Assembly: GCA_038496445.1 (NCBI GenBank)
Contig: JALMLS010000577.1
Coordinates: 186,001 to 250,000, forward strand
From: Trichosphaerium sp. ATCC 40318
Taxonomy: Eukaryota > Protista > Tubulinea
Direction: 5' to 3'
DNA length: 64,000 bases
Shown here: positions 13,148-25,339 of the stretch, one piece after another
Position numbering within the stretch: position 1 is the first letter of the stretch
Layout of the letters: the number at the start of each line of letters is the position of its first letter
The notes under the pieces: generated by a model
Told to the model about the DNA's origin: nothing
Seen by the model: the letters and a program-made list of their open reading frames with translations, nothing else
The model's database searches: none
Translations under genes and position numbers: made by a program

Positions 13148-13909
13148 TTACATCCATACATGAGTTCCTTTTAAAGCTTTAACTCCTTCTATTGTTACTA
13201 AAGTGTCTTGTGCCCAAATTTTGTTTGCCCCAACAAGCGCTTTAATACCTTTATCAGTCACTGAGGTACAATCAAGGCATATAAGATGAACTCCAGCAAG
13301 CGCTTTTACACCTTCATCTGTTACTGAAGTAGCACAAAGGCTAATAGTATGAACTCCAGCAAGTGCTTTTACACCTTTGTCTGCTACTGAAGTACCATCA
13401 AGATTAATAAAATGAACTCCAGCAAGCGCTTTTACACCTTCATCTGTTACTGAAGTAGCACAAAGGCTAATAGTATGAACTCCAGCAAGCGCTTTTATAC
13501 CTTCATCTGTTATTGAAGTGCTATCAAGATTAATAAAATGAACTCCAGCAAGCGCTTTTACACCTTCATCTGTTACTGAAGTACCACTAAGATAAATACT
13601 ATGAACTCCAGCAAATTTTTTGATGCTGGTGTCATCAAAACCACTTGACCTAAGTACTATTACGGTATTTTTCATAATCCCACGATGTTTTACAACTGAT
13701 TTTGCTTGGTTTAAAGTTTTAATCTTGACAGCAGCGCAGTATCCGATAATGTCGTGAACAATAGAAGCAAATAAACGACATGTTTGACAAGTTGCAAATC
13801 GTGATGTGGTTGTTTGAAGCAAAATATGCGCTAATATCTCTGTAGGTAGGCGCAATAAATTATCACGTGCGATGTTGTTGATTTTATAACACGTTGAAAT
13901 AGGAAGCAT
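13148..13909 (-). CDS. Intronless F-box + leucine-rich-repeat protein
   Basis: F-box LLRLPTEILAHIL..TCRLF; seven 21-aa LRRs of form AGVHxIxLxxTSVTDEGVKAL. Confidence 0.85.
   Translation of the reverse strand: MLPISTCYKINNIARDNLLRLPTEILAHILLQTTTSRFATCQTCRLFASIVHDIIGYCAAVKIKTLNQAKSVVKHRGIMKNTVIVLRSSGFDDTSIKKFAGVHSIYLSGTSVTDEGVKALAGVHFINLDSTSITDEGIKALAGVHTISLCATSVTDEGVKALAGVHFINLDGTSVADKGVKALAGVHTISLCATSVTDEGVKALAGVHLICLDCTSVTDKGIKALVGANKIWAQDTLVTIEGVKALKGTHVWM
13172..13612 (-). repeat. Seven tandem 63-bp coding repeats (LRR) with an alternating 126-bp super-repeat
   Basis: Near-identical units, e.g. cacaaaggctaatagtatgaactccagcaag occurs twice 126 bp apart. Confidence 0.9.
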
Positions 13910-14108
13910 TGTATATCGTCTTTGTGATGCTATTACGGGCGTCTCTGATGGTTAAAATGTACTTTTATACGCCAATATCTAGAAAGGAGGCGGTATGTGC
14001 TGTAAAGGGATCGTTTATCACTATGATATTAGTCGATTAAAGCGACCGTCGTTGGATCACTGAACAGCGAGTGCAGTCAATTGTTATTCCTTCAATTAAT
14101 CTAGCTCT

Positions 14109-15021
14109 ATGACTACTATTGCGTCACTTGTACTTGGAGCTTCAGTGTCAAATTTGAGAGTTGTTGTAAGCAAACACCTGACAAAGGACGTTAAAGGCAT
14201 TCATGTTCTTGATAAATCTGGTAGTATTCAGGCTGAGGTATCTAAGGGTGCGTCATTGACTGTTTAGCTAAAAACCGTTTAAAAAATAGTTAGATCATCC
14301 CAAACTACCTCCTGTAAATAGCTCTATCCTGTTATCAGGCAAAGTGGCCATTTTGAGTTGGGGAACACTAAAAATTTCAAATGCGAGCTATACAGAAGCC
14401 AAGAGCCCTTTAGATATTTCTAACGCAACTCAGCGTAATTTTTCGGCGATTCAGCGAAGTTACGGTGTAATTCCTTTCAAGCGCATTAACGGCACTCAAT
14501 TGATACCATATAACTATCTAACAATACGCTAGGAGTGAATCACTACTTATTGCTTCAAAATCGATACGGCAAGCTCATTTCTCGGTTCGTTTCAGAAAAA
14601 CTTTTCTAACTCTTGCCTCAGGTGAGCATTGGGGCTTTCCCAAAGGGCATCCAGAAGATGAGGATAACAACGACATAGACGCTGCTCTGAGAGGTACTCT
14701 AAACAAGTACCATAGTGGTACAATCACTAAAGTTCTTGTATAGAATTTGAAGAAGAAACATCTCTGAATAAAAAAGACATCTTTTTAGTTATGCAGGATA
14801 CAAAGTTTCTAGAAGAGTACACATATGATCGTTTAGGCACAAAGCACGAAAAGATAAGCACATACTTTCTAGGAGAGTATACTGGCAAAGAAGTTGTTAA
14901 GCCTCAAGAAAGTGAAATATCTGATTTCAAGTGGTTGCCATTCGCAGAAACAAAAAAACTAATCACATATGACGCCCTACGCGGTGTATTTGAGAAAGCG
15001 CATAAAGCCCTAAATAAATAG
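14109..15021 (+). CDS. NUDIX hydrolase (Ap4A hydrolase/NUDT2-like) with N-terminal OB-fold-like domain
   Basis: RSYGVIPFKR..YLLLQNRYGEHWGFPKGHPEDEDNNDIDAALREFEEET NUDIX box..EISDFKWL; N-terminus TIASL..NLRVVV..VLDKSGSI..ILLSGKV..GTLKI. Confidence 0.85.
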
Positions 15022-15577
15022 CATAAATAAATACGCCAATTTGTTGGTAAGTTTTCTCGATGATTTTGGTAATCTGTGAGGGTGCGTTGTAGCGTAGGCT
15101 GACTGGACGTAGTTGCCATGATGTTATGCGTGTTGGTTTGTATGGATTAGTCGGAAACCAAATTTGGTACCTACTTTTGTCGGATAAATCATCCAGGGTT
15201 TTCCTTCAAGACGCCAGGGTTTGAGTAGGAACAGCTTTGTAAATAACTTTTGAGCTTACTTTGTGATGTGTAGCGCGTACTTTCACTCACACGTAATTTT
15301 CTTTGACATACGGCGGTTGTGACTTTGTTCCTATTCTAGCCATAGATTATTGAGGAAACTTCCAAAAGTGATTGTATTGATATTTTTCGTCACAATCACG
15401 TGATCCCAAAAAATAAAAAGAGTGGTATCCGTTCGCTTTTTTTTTGATCGCAGGATGTTCCTTGAGCAGAGTAGTGCGTAATATACAAAAGCACTATGAT
15501 TGAAAGGCACAGGGAGGAAAAAAACGTACCACATTTTGAGTCAATCAACAGAAAAATAAAAACGGCCAGTTTAGACA

Positions 15578-16723
15578 ATGGAAGTAGCTCAAGAAATTAA
15601 AGAATTAGACCAAAGAGTTGTACACTTAGTTGGAAGTATGCCGTACGACAACGAGCGCCAATGTATGGCCAAAGCACTGGAATTGCTCGGATCATGTTTA
15701 GAAACACTTCCAGACGGCGAAATAGGGGAAATAACTGAGGAGCACCCGAAAGGCACAAGAAGGTCTTGGGTTATGACTGCAATTGGACGGAACGTTAAAA
15801 ACGACGCGTTTAAAGTACAACAAGCGCCACAACACCATGATGAGAACAATGACCCAACAGAATACGGTGATATATACATACTAGCTCCTAATTACTCCCC
15901 GAGCGAGACCTATGAGCACCTTAACTTCGGCTACATTGAGTACTTTAAAAAGAGCTACTCTATCTTCAAAGAACTGCGCCTACAACACAAACGACCTGAT
16001 CTAAAATTCCTAGTTGGCATACCAACTGGCTTAGCCATAACATTCACGTCAATGACGAAGGTTAACGCTTTAAGGTACAGAAGTGTATTTGATAAGCGTC
16101 TAGCGTATGAAGCGAATACTATAGTCCAGACAGCCGGCAAGGATGATGTTGTAATACAAGTCGAACTACCCATCGAATTTGGTACACGGTGATACGCTTA
16201 CTTGCATGTTTATTGACCCAGGATAGGTATTGCTGCCAAGATGGGCGGATTTTTTACTAGTATTCCATTAGCTAGTGCTTTCTCCCTTATCAATCAATTC
16301 AACCCAGGAACACGTGTCGGTATTCATCTTTGCCTTGGCGATTTAAACAATGAGGCTCTCATTAAACAGAAAACTTTAAATTTACTTGTCAAATTCTCGA
16401 ATATGCTTGTACAGAAATTTCCTCCGAATTTGATCTTGGAGTACGTTCATTATCCTTTGGCAGAAGCCAAAGATCCTCCGTGTATGGATTCATCATACTA
16501 TGACCCTTTAAGTAATGTACAGCTTCCACCTACAACCAAATTTATTGCTGGATTTGTACATGAAAAGTTGGATAAAGAGCAGCATGTCAAGCTACTAGCT
16601 ATTATTGAAAAGGCTGTTGGACATAAGGTTGGAATTGCTTCGTCTTGTGGTATGGGTAGAAGAACACCAGAAGTTGCAACACAGTTAATGACGATGTGCT
16701 CTTTTCTATCATCTAAAAAATAA
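15578..16723 (+). CDS. UROD/MetE-like TIM-barrel protein, one intron
   Basis: VHLVGSMP, LPDGEIGE, QVELPIE, GIHLCLGD, FIAGFVHE, SSCGMGR; HxC plus C-terminal C are Zn-type ligands as in the MetE C-terminal barrel. Confidence 0.78.
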
Positions 16724-17179
16724 ATCCTTTTCTCGATTTTTAAATTACAATACGTTCTAATAAACAAATAGTATTTCTTTACATAACTTTGAATTTATTT
16801 TGTGAATTCTTGCTTTATTCTTTGGTTTGTTGTTGGGTTATATCCCTTTGCCTCATATAATGTACCAAAAGGTGCAATGTATAAAGGTACTTCAGATGAG
16901 TTTAATATCGTAGAGTCAACATAAGAGCAACACGATCATTACACTCATCAGACATTTTAAAATAGTACCACGTGTAGCATAGTACTACAAAGCGATCGTC
17001 TTTTCTAATAATCCGGCTTGACTCACTGTTGATGAACTATAAGAATAGTACAATACAATCTTCAAGTTGCAAAAAAAAAAGTGACACGTGACTTAGAGTT
17101 AAGCGAATGCGGTTCAAATTTGAAACCTAAATGTTACTTTTTAGGAAGTTAGTAGCTAAACTGGGAATTACAAAACAAG

Positions 17180-17964
17180 ATGGCAACAAGACTACTCTTA
17201 ATCACGCTTTTTTGCATTGCGTATGTTTGTGCAAGGTCTACAGAGTTTGAAAGAGAGTTCCCTCTTCTTAACCTCTTCTTTTTCAACGGGGAACCTACGC
17301 GTACCATCAAAGAGTGGAAAGCGCCTTTAGACGTATACGATAACCAAAATATTGACTACGATGAGCACTTCAACCAATACGAGCCTGAAAACGGCGTTGA
17401 CGCTGAAGAACAAGACATTTTAGACGATCTTGAAGAAGAAGAGCGTGAATACACAAAAGTTAACGGTGGTCTGGATTGGCACTGGGTAAAGATTCAATGC
17501 CCAGAAGACGAAGAAGAAAAATATGAATGGACAGAGTCATCGTACGCAAATTTATCGTCCTGACACCCTAATTGTTAACATAACATACACAGAACGATCG
17601 AACTTGGACCAGAAGACGACATTTCATACACAGCTCCTTTTTTCAAGGCAATCATCGTTTGGGATAAACTTATCTGTATCTACAGCTCAGAAGGAAAACC
17701 TGGATGGCTTGCAATTCAAAGACCTGGAAGGTTTCAAGGAGCACCAGAAGATGGATGGGATTCAGGAAAGTACGTTACACTTTTTATGTAAAAACAACAA
17801 AAAAAGACAAAGGTGCTTGTTGTTCATGTTTATTAACGCCAATTTTTTGTAGAGAACCTGAATGCTTTGATGCTATTGTCAATCAAGACGACAAAGTCGT
17901 TGGTCACAACAGCTGTGAAATGGAAGAAGCTCAATTTGGCCAGAACCAATTCCTCCAATTTTAG
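17180..17964 (+). CDS. Secreted protein: acidic pro-region + small 4-Cys domain, two introns
   Basis: Signal MATRLLLITLFCIAYVCA; spliced WVKIQCP..FFKAIIVWDKLICIYSS..W..PECF..NSC. Confidence 0.65.
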
Positions 17965-18093
17965 AGCGAACATGCGAAAAGATTGTTAAATAAAAATTAC
18001 AATCACAGAATTGAGTTGTTTATGTCTCTTAGGGGTACACAATTTTGATCATATATAATTTTAACTTGGTGATATACTATAGATGTATCCAAA

Positions 18094-21000
18094 TTAGTAT
18101 GAGGTGTATCTCTTGAGGGTCTTTTCCACTAATTCTTTATCGACTTTTGGCCAATCTACATTTTCCAAATGCTTTTTTGAAAATTTTAGACCTCTAACAT
18201 CATTATCAAAGAACTCTGCTCCCTCTTCTAGCATTAACGGAATCATTGGGAAAAGTGGATTATCTGGATGTTGTGACAGGCATTCCACAAACACCTTAAA
18301 GTCCACGAACTTTACACCTAGTCAAAATAATTAACTAAAAAACTTGACGACATTCATTAGTACCATCACAAGCATATTCAGCTAGTTTTTTGTATGGTAC
18401 TACTTGCTCGTTTATAATAGGATACACTCCGCCATAACATGTCATCTTCAAGCAATCTGGGTGATGATACGTGCAACAACATCAACAGCAGCCATGTCTG
18501 TTTGGACGATTAATATCATTCTTTGTTTTTAACCACGAGGTACCTGTACTGCCTTCAACGTTAGGTGCAACCTTCAATGCATTGATGCCCATCAGGAAAC
18601 GTGTTGTGAGTTGGGAGCAATTAGAAATTCCAGATTTACTATCAGCTACCAACAAGTCAACAACTGGAACGTTTTTAAAGATCTACCTGTTATCATTCCC
18701 GGCCTTAACATGATACATGGCAGTCCAGCAATCTGTGCCTGGTTGACAATGTACTCTGATACCCTCTTGGTAAGATTGTAACCACCCCATAATGAGAAGT
18801 TCTGACATTGTTCAATCTCAGCCTTCTCAATATGAGCTCCAGACCTGAATACGGTATAAGGTTATCATAGTGCACTATCTATTTATTGCGTACTTGTATA
18901 TATCTGCGATAGCACCAATACTTGACAAATGGCATAACGGTTTTGCACGTGATGTAGCGCAAAACTGTATAATATTTTGAGTGCCAATAATATTAATAGG
19001 CCGAAGTGAAGAGTAAGGTAGCGCCCTAACATACAAAGTCAATTACACCGGAAATAAGTACTGGATTGATTGCTTACCAATTGACAATCGCTGCACAATG
19101 TATAACCATATCCATTTTTTTGGCTGTGAACAACTTAGAAATAAAGTAGAGGAATGACTTGGCGTAATGTTTGGGGTGGACTGCGTACCTAAATCCTTCC
19201 ATTCCTTTTCTCCCATTTTAAAATCAGCGGCGGATATGTTACCAGGTATAACACTCACTCTACTTTCGTATTTCTCTTGCCATCGCGGATAAGCTCTTAC
19301 AACAGATAGAAGCCTTGAGCGCACACTTGCAGGAGAATCACCACGTACAAGGCAACACACATTGCAGCGCCAGTACTCCATGATATCAACAAGAATGCCC
19401 GCTCCAAGGAAACCAGTACCTCCAGTTAAGAATACGTTAAAAGATGGGTTATTTAGGTCCACGTGTTTATCAGATAATGATATTTTAGGAATCTTTGGTG
19501 AAACATATTCGATGTCTGAGAGAATAAGATTACGCAGCGACGTTTCGTTGTGTTGAACTGAACCTTCGTTTCTAACACCTTGGATAAAATCGCTCAAATT
19601 CTTTGCCTGTAGAAGACTGCTACTCGATACTTTTGCATTTAAAGTGGACGATAACTTGACAGCTATACGTGCATATGACATTGAATCAACGCCAAGTGAA
19701 TTCAAATCATCTACCTCTGAAATGTCACTAAACAAAAAAAAACCAATTAATATCACATTGACTTTTTCATAAAAATTCAAGTTGTTAGTGGTATGGTACC
19801 CATCGATGGATAGTGCGTTGGCAATTACATCTAGGATTGCACCTGTTTTTAAGTCTATATTTTTATACAGTTCCTCAAGTTGTGAAGCAAACTGCTCGGC
19901 TAAAACACGACGGCAATTTTTCATTGATCCAGTTTTTTTTCCGTTCGCAGGAGTGAAGTCTTCAGTGTCGAAAATGAGTCCTCTAGTAACTTATAACAAT
20001 CGCTTCATTTGGTTAAAGTAATATCGCACCGTGGTACTTCATGTGTAGCCATATGGTTATTCCTTGCAAGAGCTGCAAAGTCGGCTGCAACTGCTTTCTC
20101 TAATTTTTCAGATTTTAGCATCTCGGTGTAATCTATAGTCTCTCCTTCGAACAAAGTCTCTACGGCTGTTTTCCTTGGTACTACAACAGCCACAACATAT
20201 GATTTTGTAATATCACTATGTACATATATATACTTAACATATACACTCTGTGCAAAGACAGATTCAAGGTACTCTGGCGCAACAAATTCGCCCTTTTTTC
20301 GAATTATTAAACTATTCTTGTATAAACAAAATCCATACCTGTGCTAATTTTAGGATGTACTTTCGTCTGTCTACGATGTTGATGATACGTTTCTCTTTGT
20401 TCCGTAATTCTACGATATCTCCAGTATGAAACCAGCCGTCCTATAATTTTGTAAGGGCTTGATGACTTACAAAATTAAGTCAAAGTAATGTGCCTTAAAA
20501 TTCTTGTTTGTATTCGCGTCATCTTTGAAGTAGCCCCCTATCATTTGTGTTGTTTGAACGTGAAGTTCTCCACGCGGATATGGCTTATCTATAATACAAG
20601 CCATTAATAATACAATTTTGATCATAGTTCCATACCTAAAACCGAATATCCGAGCTCGGGAACATCAACAAGTTTAAATTTGACATCTTCGAAAATCTTA
20701 CCATTGCACTAATGCTAGATTAAATAAAACACCTTGACACAAAATTGTTTATGATCTCATACAGCAATGCCACCAACTTCAGTGATGCCATATAATTCCC
20801 AAACCTATATTAAAGTTAAGGTCATGTGGATAACGGTAACCAAGACGAACGCCACAATCTTTCCAGACATCTTGCAGAAAAGCAAACACAGTTGGTGACA
20901 ACTTCGCAGTACCAGAACTAAATAAAGTATATCAGTAGCTGTAACCAAATTACTCACTAGAAAAGCTTCAAGCTTACTAGAGTGTATCTATTCTTTCACC

Positions 21001-22812
21001 AAGTGTGTCGCGAAACGTTTTTTTTACTCGGTCAGTCACATTTTCTTTCTCAGACTCAGGTGCTTTGTCCAGCTCTTGCTGCAATACACGAGTATACTCT
21101 GAGTACATACGGTTCCACACGGATGGTACTCCGTAGAATTCTAAAAGGGAGTGTTACTAAAGATACGAATGATAAGGAACTAACCAGTTGGCTCTACCAT
21201 TTTCACATCTAACGTTAAAATGGTTAGCTTTTTGGTATTAACAAGTGAAACTCACGTGAGAAAAGTGTATCCATTGCTCTACCAAATACGGCGAACATTG
21301 CACCCTGGATGACTGATATACGAAAGTTATCACGTGGAAGGGAGTGACCAAATGGCAGATACTCAAAATAAATTGGTATAGCGTTCATGTGTCCTTCACT
21401 AAGAGGCAAGTTAAATCATGTCAGAAAAAGAACGCTAAAACTATATAGAACTTACGACCAAATGCATAAATCATTGTATGCGCGATCCTCTGTGACAACA
21501 GCACCTTTAGGCGTACCTGTATGTTATTTAAGTTTAAATTGTAATCAACTACGGATAACATACCAGTACTGCCTGATGTGAATACAATAGTGTGAATGGA
21601 TTCTGGATCTGTACGAACTGGATAAAACTTTTTTGTCTTTCCAAGTTCTTCAACTTCTTTAAACGCCTTAAAGGATACATTGGTTGCCTTTGCTTGTAGT
21701 TCACTTTTAAAAAAACAATGAGTTAACATGCTTTAAATAGAGTAATAGTTGTTACCTTGGCACAGTGTCAGCGTCAGTGATTATGAGTAATGTGACAATA
21801 TTTCCTGCCAATTTATTTGCTTCAATAAACCGGTCACAGAGATCCATGCTTACAACTGCGTAGTTAATATTGACAGTCTTGAAGAACGTCAATAATACTA
21901 CCAAATTAATCATACTTACACGAATAATATGCGCCATCGCATCAGGTGAGAGTGTCGTTGGTGCAGCTATACTTACATTCGCCTAAACAAATTACAACCC
22001 ATAAAGAAACAAAAGGTTGTGTACATTTCTTGTGCAACTGAAATCTGCCACAAGCCATTCAACGCTTATAAGTTAGTGAAAGAAAAGAAGTTAGTTATAA
22101 AACTACCTGTTGGTTGCCCAAATCATGACATTGCTGCGAGGCTCAATATTAAGCAAACGCAATCCGTTTGCAAACTCATTAACACGTGCTTCGAATTGTC
22201 TAAAAGTGACCCAATCATACGCTTTTGTATCATCGCTGTACTGAGACACACACGGTCTTAGAGCAAATGCTTCAAATGACTAAAAATAGAAGAGAGATGA
22301 GGTAGAGTACAAACCGAAAAAAGTAAGACAACTCACGCTTTGATACGTTTCCCAAACGGTCCCACCAACAACTGTTAAGCTTGGATGAGGTGCTGGACGT
22401 ATTTCTAGATATTTTAGATACTTCACGGTCGTTTTACGCACTTGTCAGCTCGCCAGTTATTCTTAAATGCGTTTTATCTTCAAAGTGATCTTCGTAAGTA
22501 TCTCCTGCCAGCAAGTTGTGCTTTACTAAATTTAACGTAAATTGACGTTCATTTTAATGTCAATGAAACACTCACCTTTTTTAAGCTTTTTGCCTTCCTC
22601 TGTGCAATAGTACAGCTCTCTGGCATCATATAGAGCGCCACCTGGCAGCGTTTAATTTTATCAGTTAATAGTACTTTAATTGTACCGCACAAAACTGCTA
22701 TTTGACGCATGTTAATGCGTCCAGCATGGGAAAACACGTAAAACTGCTTCCACTGCCCATCCGTATCTAAATAATCTACAACAATTGTGCCTTTAGGGAT
22801 TGTGCTCTCCAT
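18094..22812 (-). CDS. NRPS-like adenylation-thiolation-reductase (carboxylic acid reductase-type); apparent frameshift near 18450
   Basis: A domain FTSGSTGTPKG, YGITEVG, PYPRGEL, DGWFHTGD, DRRKYILKLAQGEFVAPE; carrier LGVDSM; R domain VFLTGGTGFLG, GYNLTK, LRPG. Confidence 0.88.
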
Positions 22813-22972
22813 ACGTGCTTGTAGGCTGGTTAAAATGGCTCGCTTCTCAACAGAAAAAAAACTTCAGCAAAATTCTAGCGGAAAAAAGCAAATGAAAGTC
22901 AACGATAGCTTCTGAACATTTTCCTATCCAATCGACAGCTCCTAGGTCAGTCACATTTTATAGAGACTCAAG

Positions 22973-23719
22973 ATGATCATCCCAACGAAGATTAGAACCC
23001 AAATTCTGTCCTATTTGTTCAAAGGTGCGAGATGAGGCAATTTAAGCCTTTCAAGAGCTGACGGTCGCGTAGAGGGCGTCATGATTGCCCCAAAGGACTT
23101 CCGTCCAGTAAAACACCCTCTTTTGGGCTGTTTGAACGTACACGTTATCTACGCGATGCGCTCCTTGACCTCAAAAGGCTACGTTCGCGAGTCTTTCAAC
23201 TGGCAACACTACTACTGGTACCTCGAGAATGATGGCATCGAGTATTTGCGCGAGCTTCTTCACTTGCCAGAGGAGATCGTCCCAACCACACTTAAATCCA
23301 CCAGACGTGGCCCTAGACCACAATATGGAGGATCTGACCGTAGAGGTGGTTACGACAGAGGTGACAGAGGTGACAGAGGAAACCGTGGTGGCAGAAACTA
23401 CGATCGTAAAGAGGGTGCTCCTGGACAATTCACCCCTCAATACGGTGGACAAGGCGTACGTTAATTCTTTTCATAAAATCGACGACATTGCCGTGTTTTT
23501 TATATAAATCGACTAATTAGCGATATTTACGCGTAGCCTAGTGTTGTTGTACAAATTACAAACGGCATTTTTACTTTTTTCACCATTTTTCTTGATTTGT
23601 CTCATTGTGTTGGAATTCGCGTATTGACGTCTTTGTAGGGATTCGGTGGTGCTGGTCGTGGTGCTGGCCGTGGCGACTGGAACCGTGATGGTGCAGGTGC
23701 TGGCCGTGGTGGTTTTTAA
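22973..23719 (+). CDS. RPS10: 40S ribosomal protein S10 (eS10)
   Basis: [42 protein letters not shown]; RGG-rich tail. Confidence 0.97.
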
Positions 23720-23911
23720 AAAATTAAACTACAGGCAAAAAAATAAACTTGTAAACATTAAACAAATTTTATAAACACGAAACTGGCCGTTTGTTTGCGT
23801 TTATCGCGCTTTGAATGAAAAAAAAAAGAACAAAAAAGTGACATGAATATCTGACAGGCATCATGCAATCATGGCGTCAATACAAATGAAAGAATACGTT
23901 TTATTAGATTG

Positions 23912-25223
23912 TTAATCGGTTTGTGGTTTTGTTGGAAAATGCGTTGCAATCCATGTGCTGAGTTTATCGTAATATCCAGGCATTTCCCACGTTTGATTAT
24001 GTGTACCTAAAAATTAATGTCACGTGATACGTTATTTGCATTTAATTTTGTTATCTAATTTACCGTTTTGGAAAGTCTCAATTGTCTTGTCTACAGCGCC
24101 ACAAGTGTCATATAGTTTTTGCATCATTGGTGGTGGTATCAATTGGTCTTTTAGACCTGATAAAAATAAAACAGGCATCTTAATTTGAGGAACAAGCTGG
24201 TGTGATGGCCAAACGTTCGTTGACATGAATTTTAAATATTTTAGTGCAGGCATGACAGTGTCAATCAAGTCAGTGATTGATGTAAACGTATTTTCAACAA
24301 TCAACGCTTTCACCTTGTAGATCCGTCAGCGAAATGAAGAGAGTTACTTAGAGTGTCAATGTGCGTACCTCCTTTGGGTATGTATGTGCAAGATGTATGG
24401 CAGCAGCGCCACCCATACTTCGTCCGTATGCAATAATTTTTTCAGGGTCTATAAGGTCATCACGTGTCAGCAGGTACTGTATAGCAGCTTCTGCATCGAG
24501 CTTCAGGCCATATTCTGACGGAGTACCTGTACTCTTTCCATACCTAATCGATACGTTAGAAATATATAAACAACTAAGCTTGGTGTCTTGATAATGACAA
24601 CTTCACGAAAAGTTGTTTTCAATTTTTTTAGTTAAATCAATTAAAATGTTCGTGCCCTCTGTATGATACCATAAATACGTTACAATTAGTTTTTGCAATT
24701 ACATCTTTAACATTAAATAGGCGATGACTGAGATCTTTGTTGTAGAATCAAGGAAGAAGTCCGTTAACACAACATCTTCAATAATAAAAAAATTCAAATA
24801 ATAGTAACTGTCTATGAAGGATACTGCCTGCGTTGCCGTGAAAATAAATCATTGTGGGCGAGCCTTTCCGAATACCATAGGGTTGGGGTATAAACCAACA
24901 TTGAAGTTTTTCCTTGTCAGAAGTTGTAACAAATACTTCTTGGTGGTTGTATATACCGAATTGAGCCGGACGCATGAACTCTAAACAGTAATGAGCTGCC
25001 CGGATTCGAATTTAATGAGTTAAAGGCGTAACGTACCTGTTCTTGCGTTTGGTGGGAAAAATGGCACGTATACGAGAGAATCTACGCGTTTATTAGGCAA
25101 ATGCTGAAACTCAGTCTGAATTAGAGTACCTTGAAAAAAATACAGCGTAGTAAGTGCTGCGCCGCCGATGGCACCACAAAACCAGAGCATTGACGTTGCT
25201 AGCGTTTTTGTTTGATTGTACAT
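23912..25223 (-). CDS. ABHD13: ABHD13/BEM46-family alpha/beta hydrolase
   Basis: N-terminal TM; FHGNAGN, YRGYG, GRSMGGA nucleophile, [21 protein letters not shown]. Confidence 0.92.
24735..24824 (-). other. U12-type (minor spliceosome) GT-AG intron in ABHD13
   Basis: 5' GTATCCTT; branch TTCTTCCTTGAT about 13 nt from AAG; splicing restores HGNAGNLSHRL. Confidence 0.85.
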
Positions 25224-25339
25224 TGATTGATCGCCGTTTCTACGTGATAAGGTGCGATCTATAGCAGTTTTAAGCGTATTGAAACAGAATGTCAGTATTC
25301 CAAAAGTCAATCAACATGTAATTTTACACAACTCATCAC

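Noticed and set aside
15578-22812. Biosynthetic gene cluster around the A-T-R enzyme
   Set aside because: No PPTase, tailoring enzyme or transporter; flanked by RPS10 and unrelated genes
23025-23072. Box C/D snoRNA in the first RPS10 intron
   Set aside because: Under 50 nt, no proper box C; CTGAC is simply the branch point
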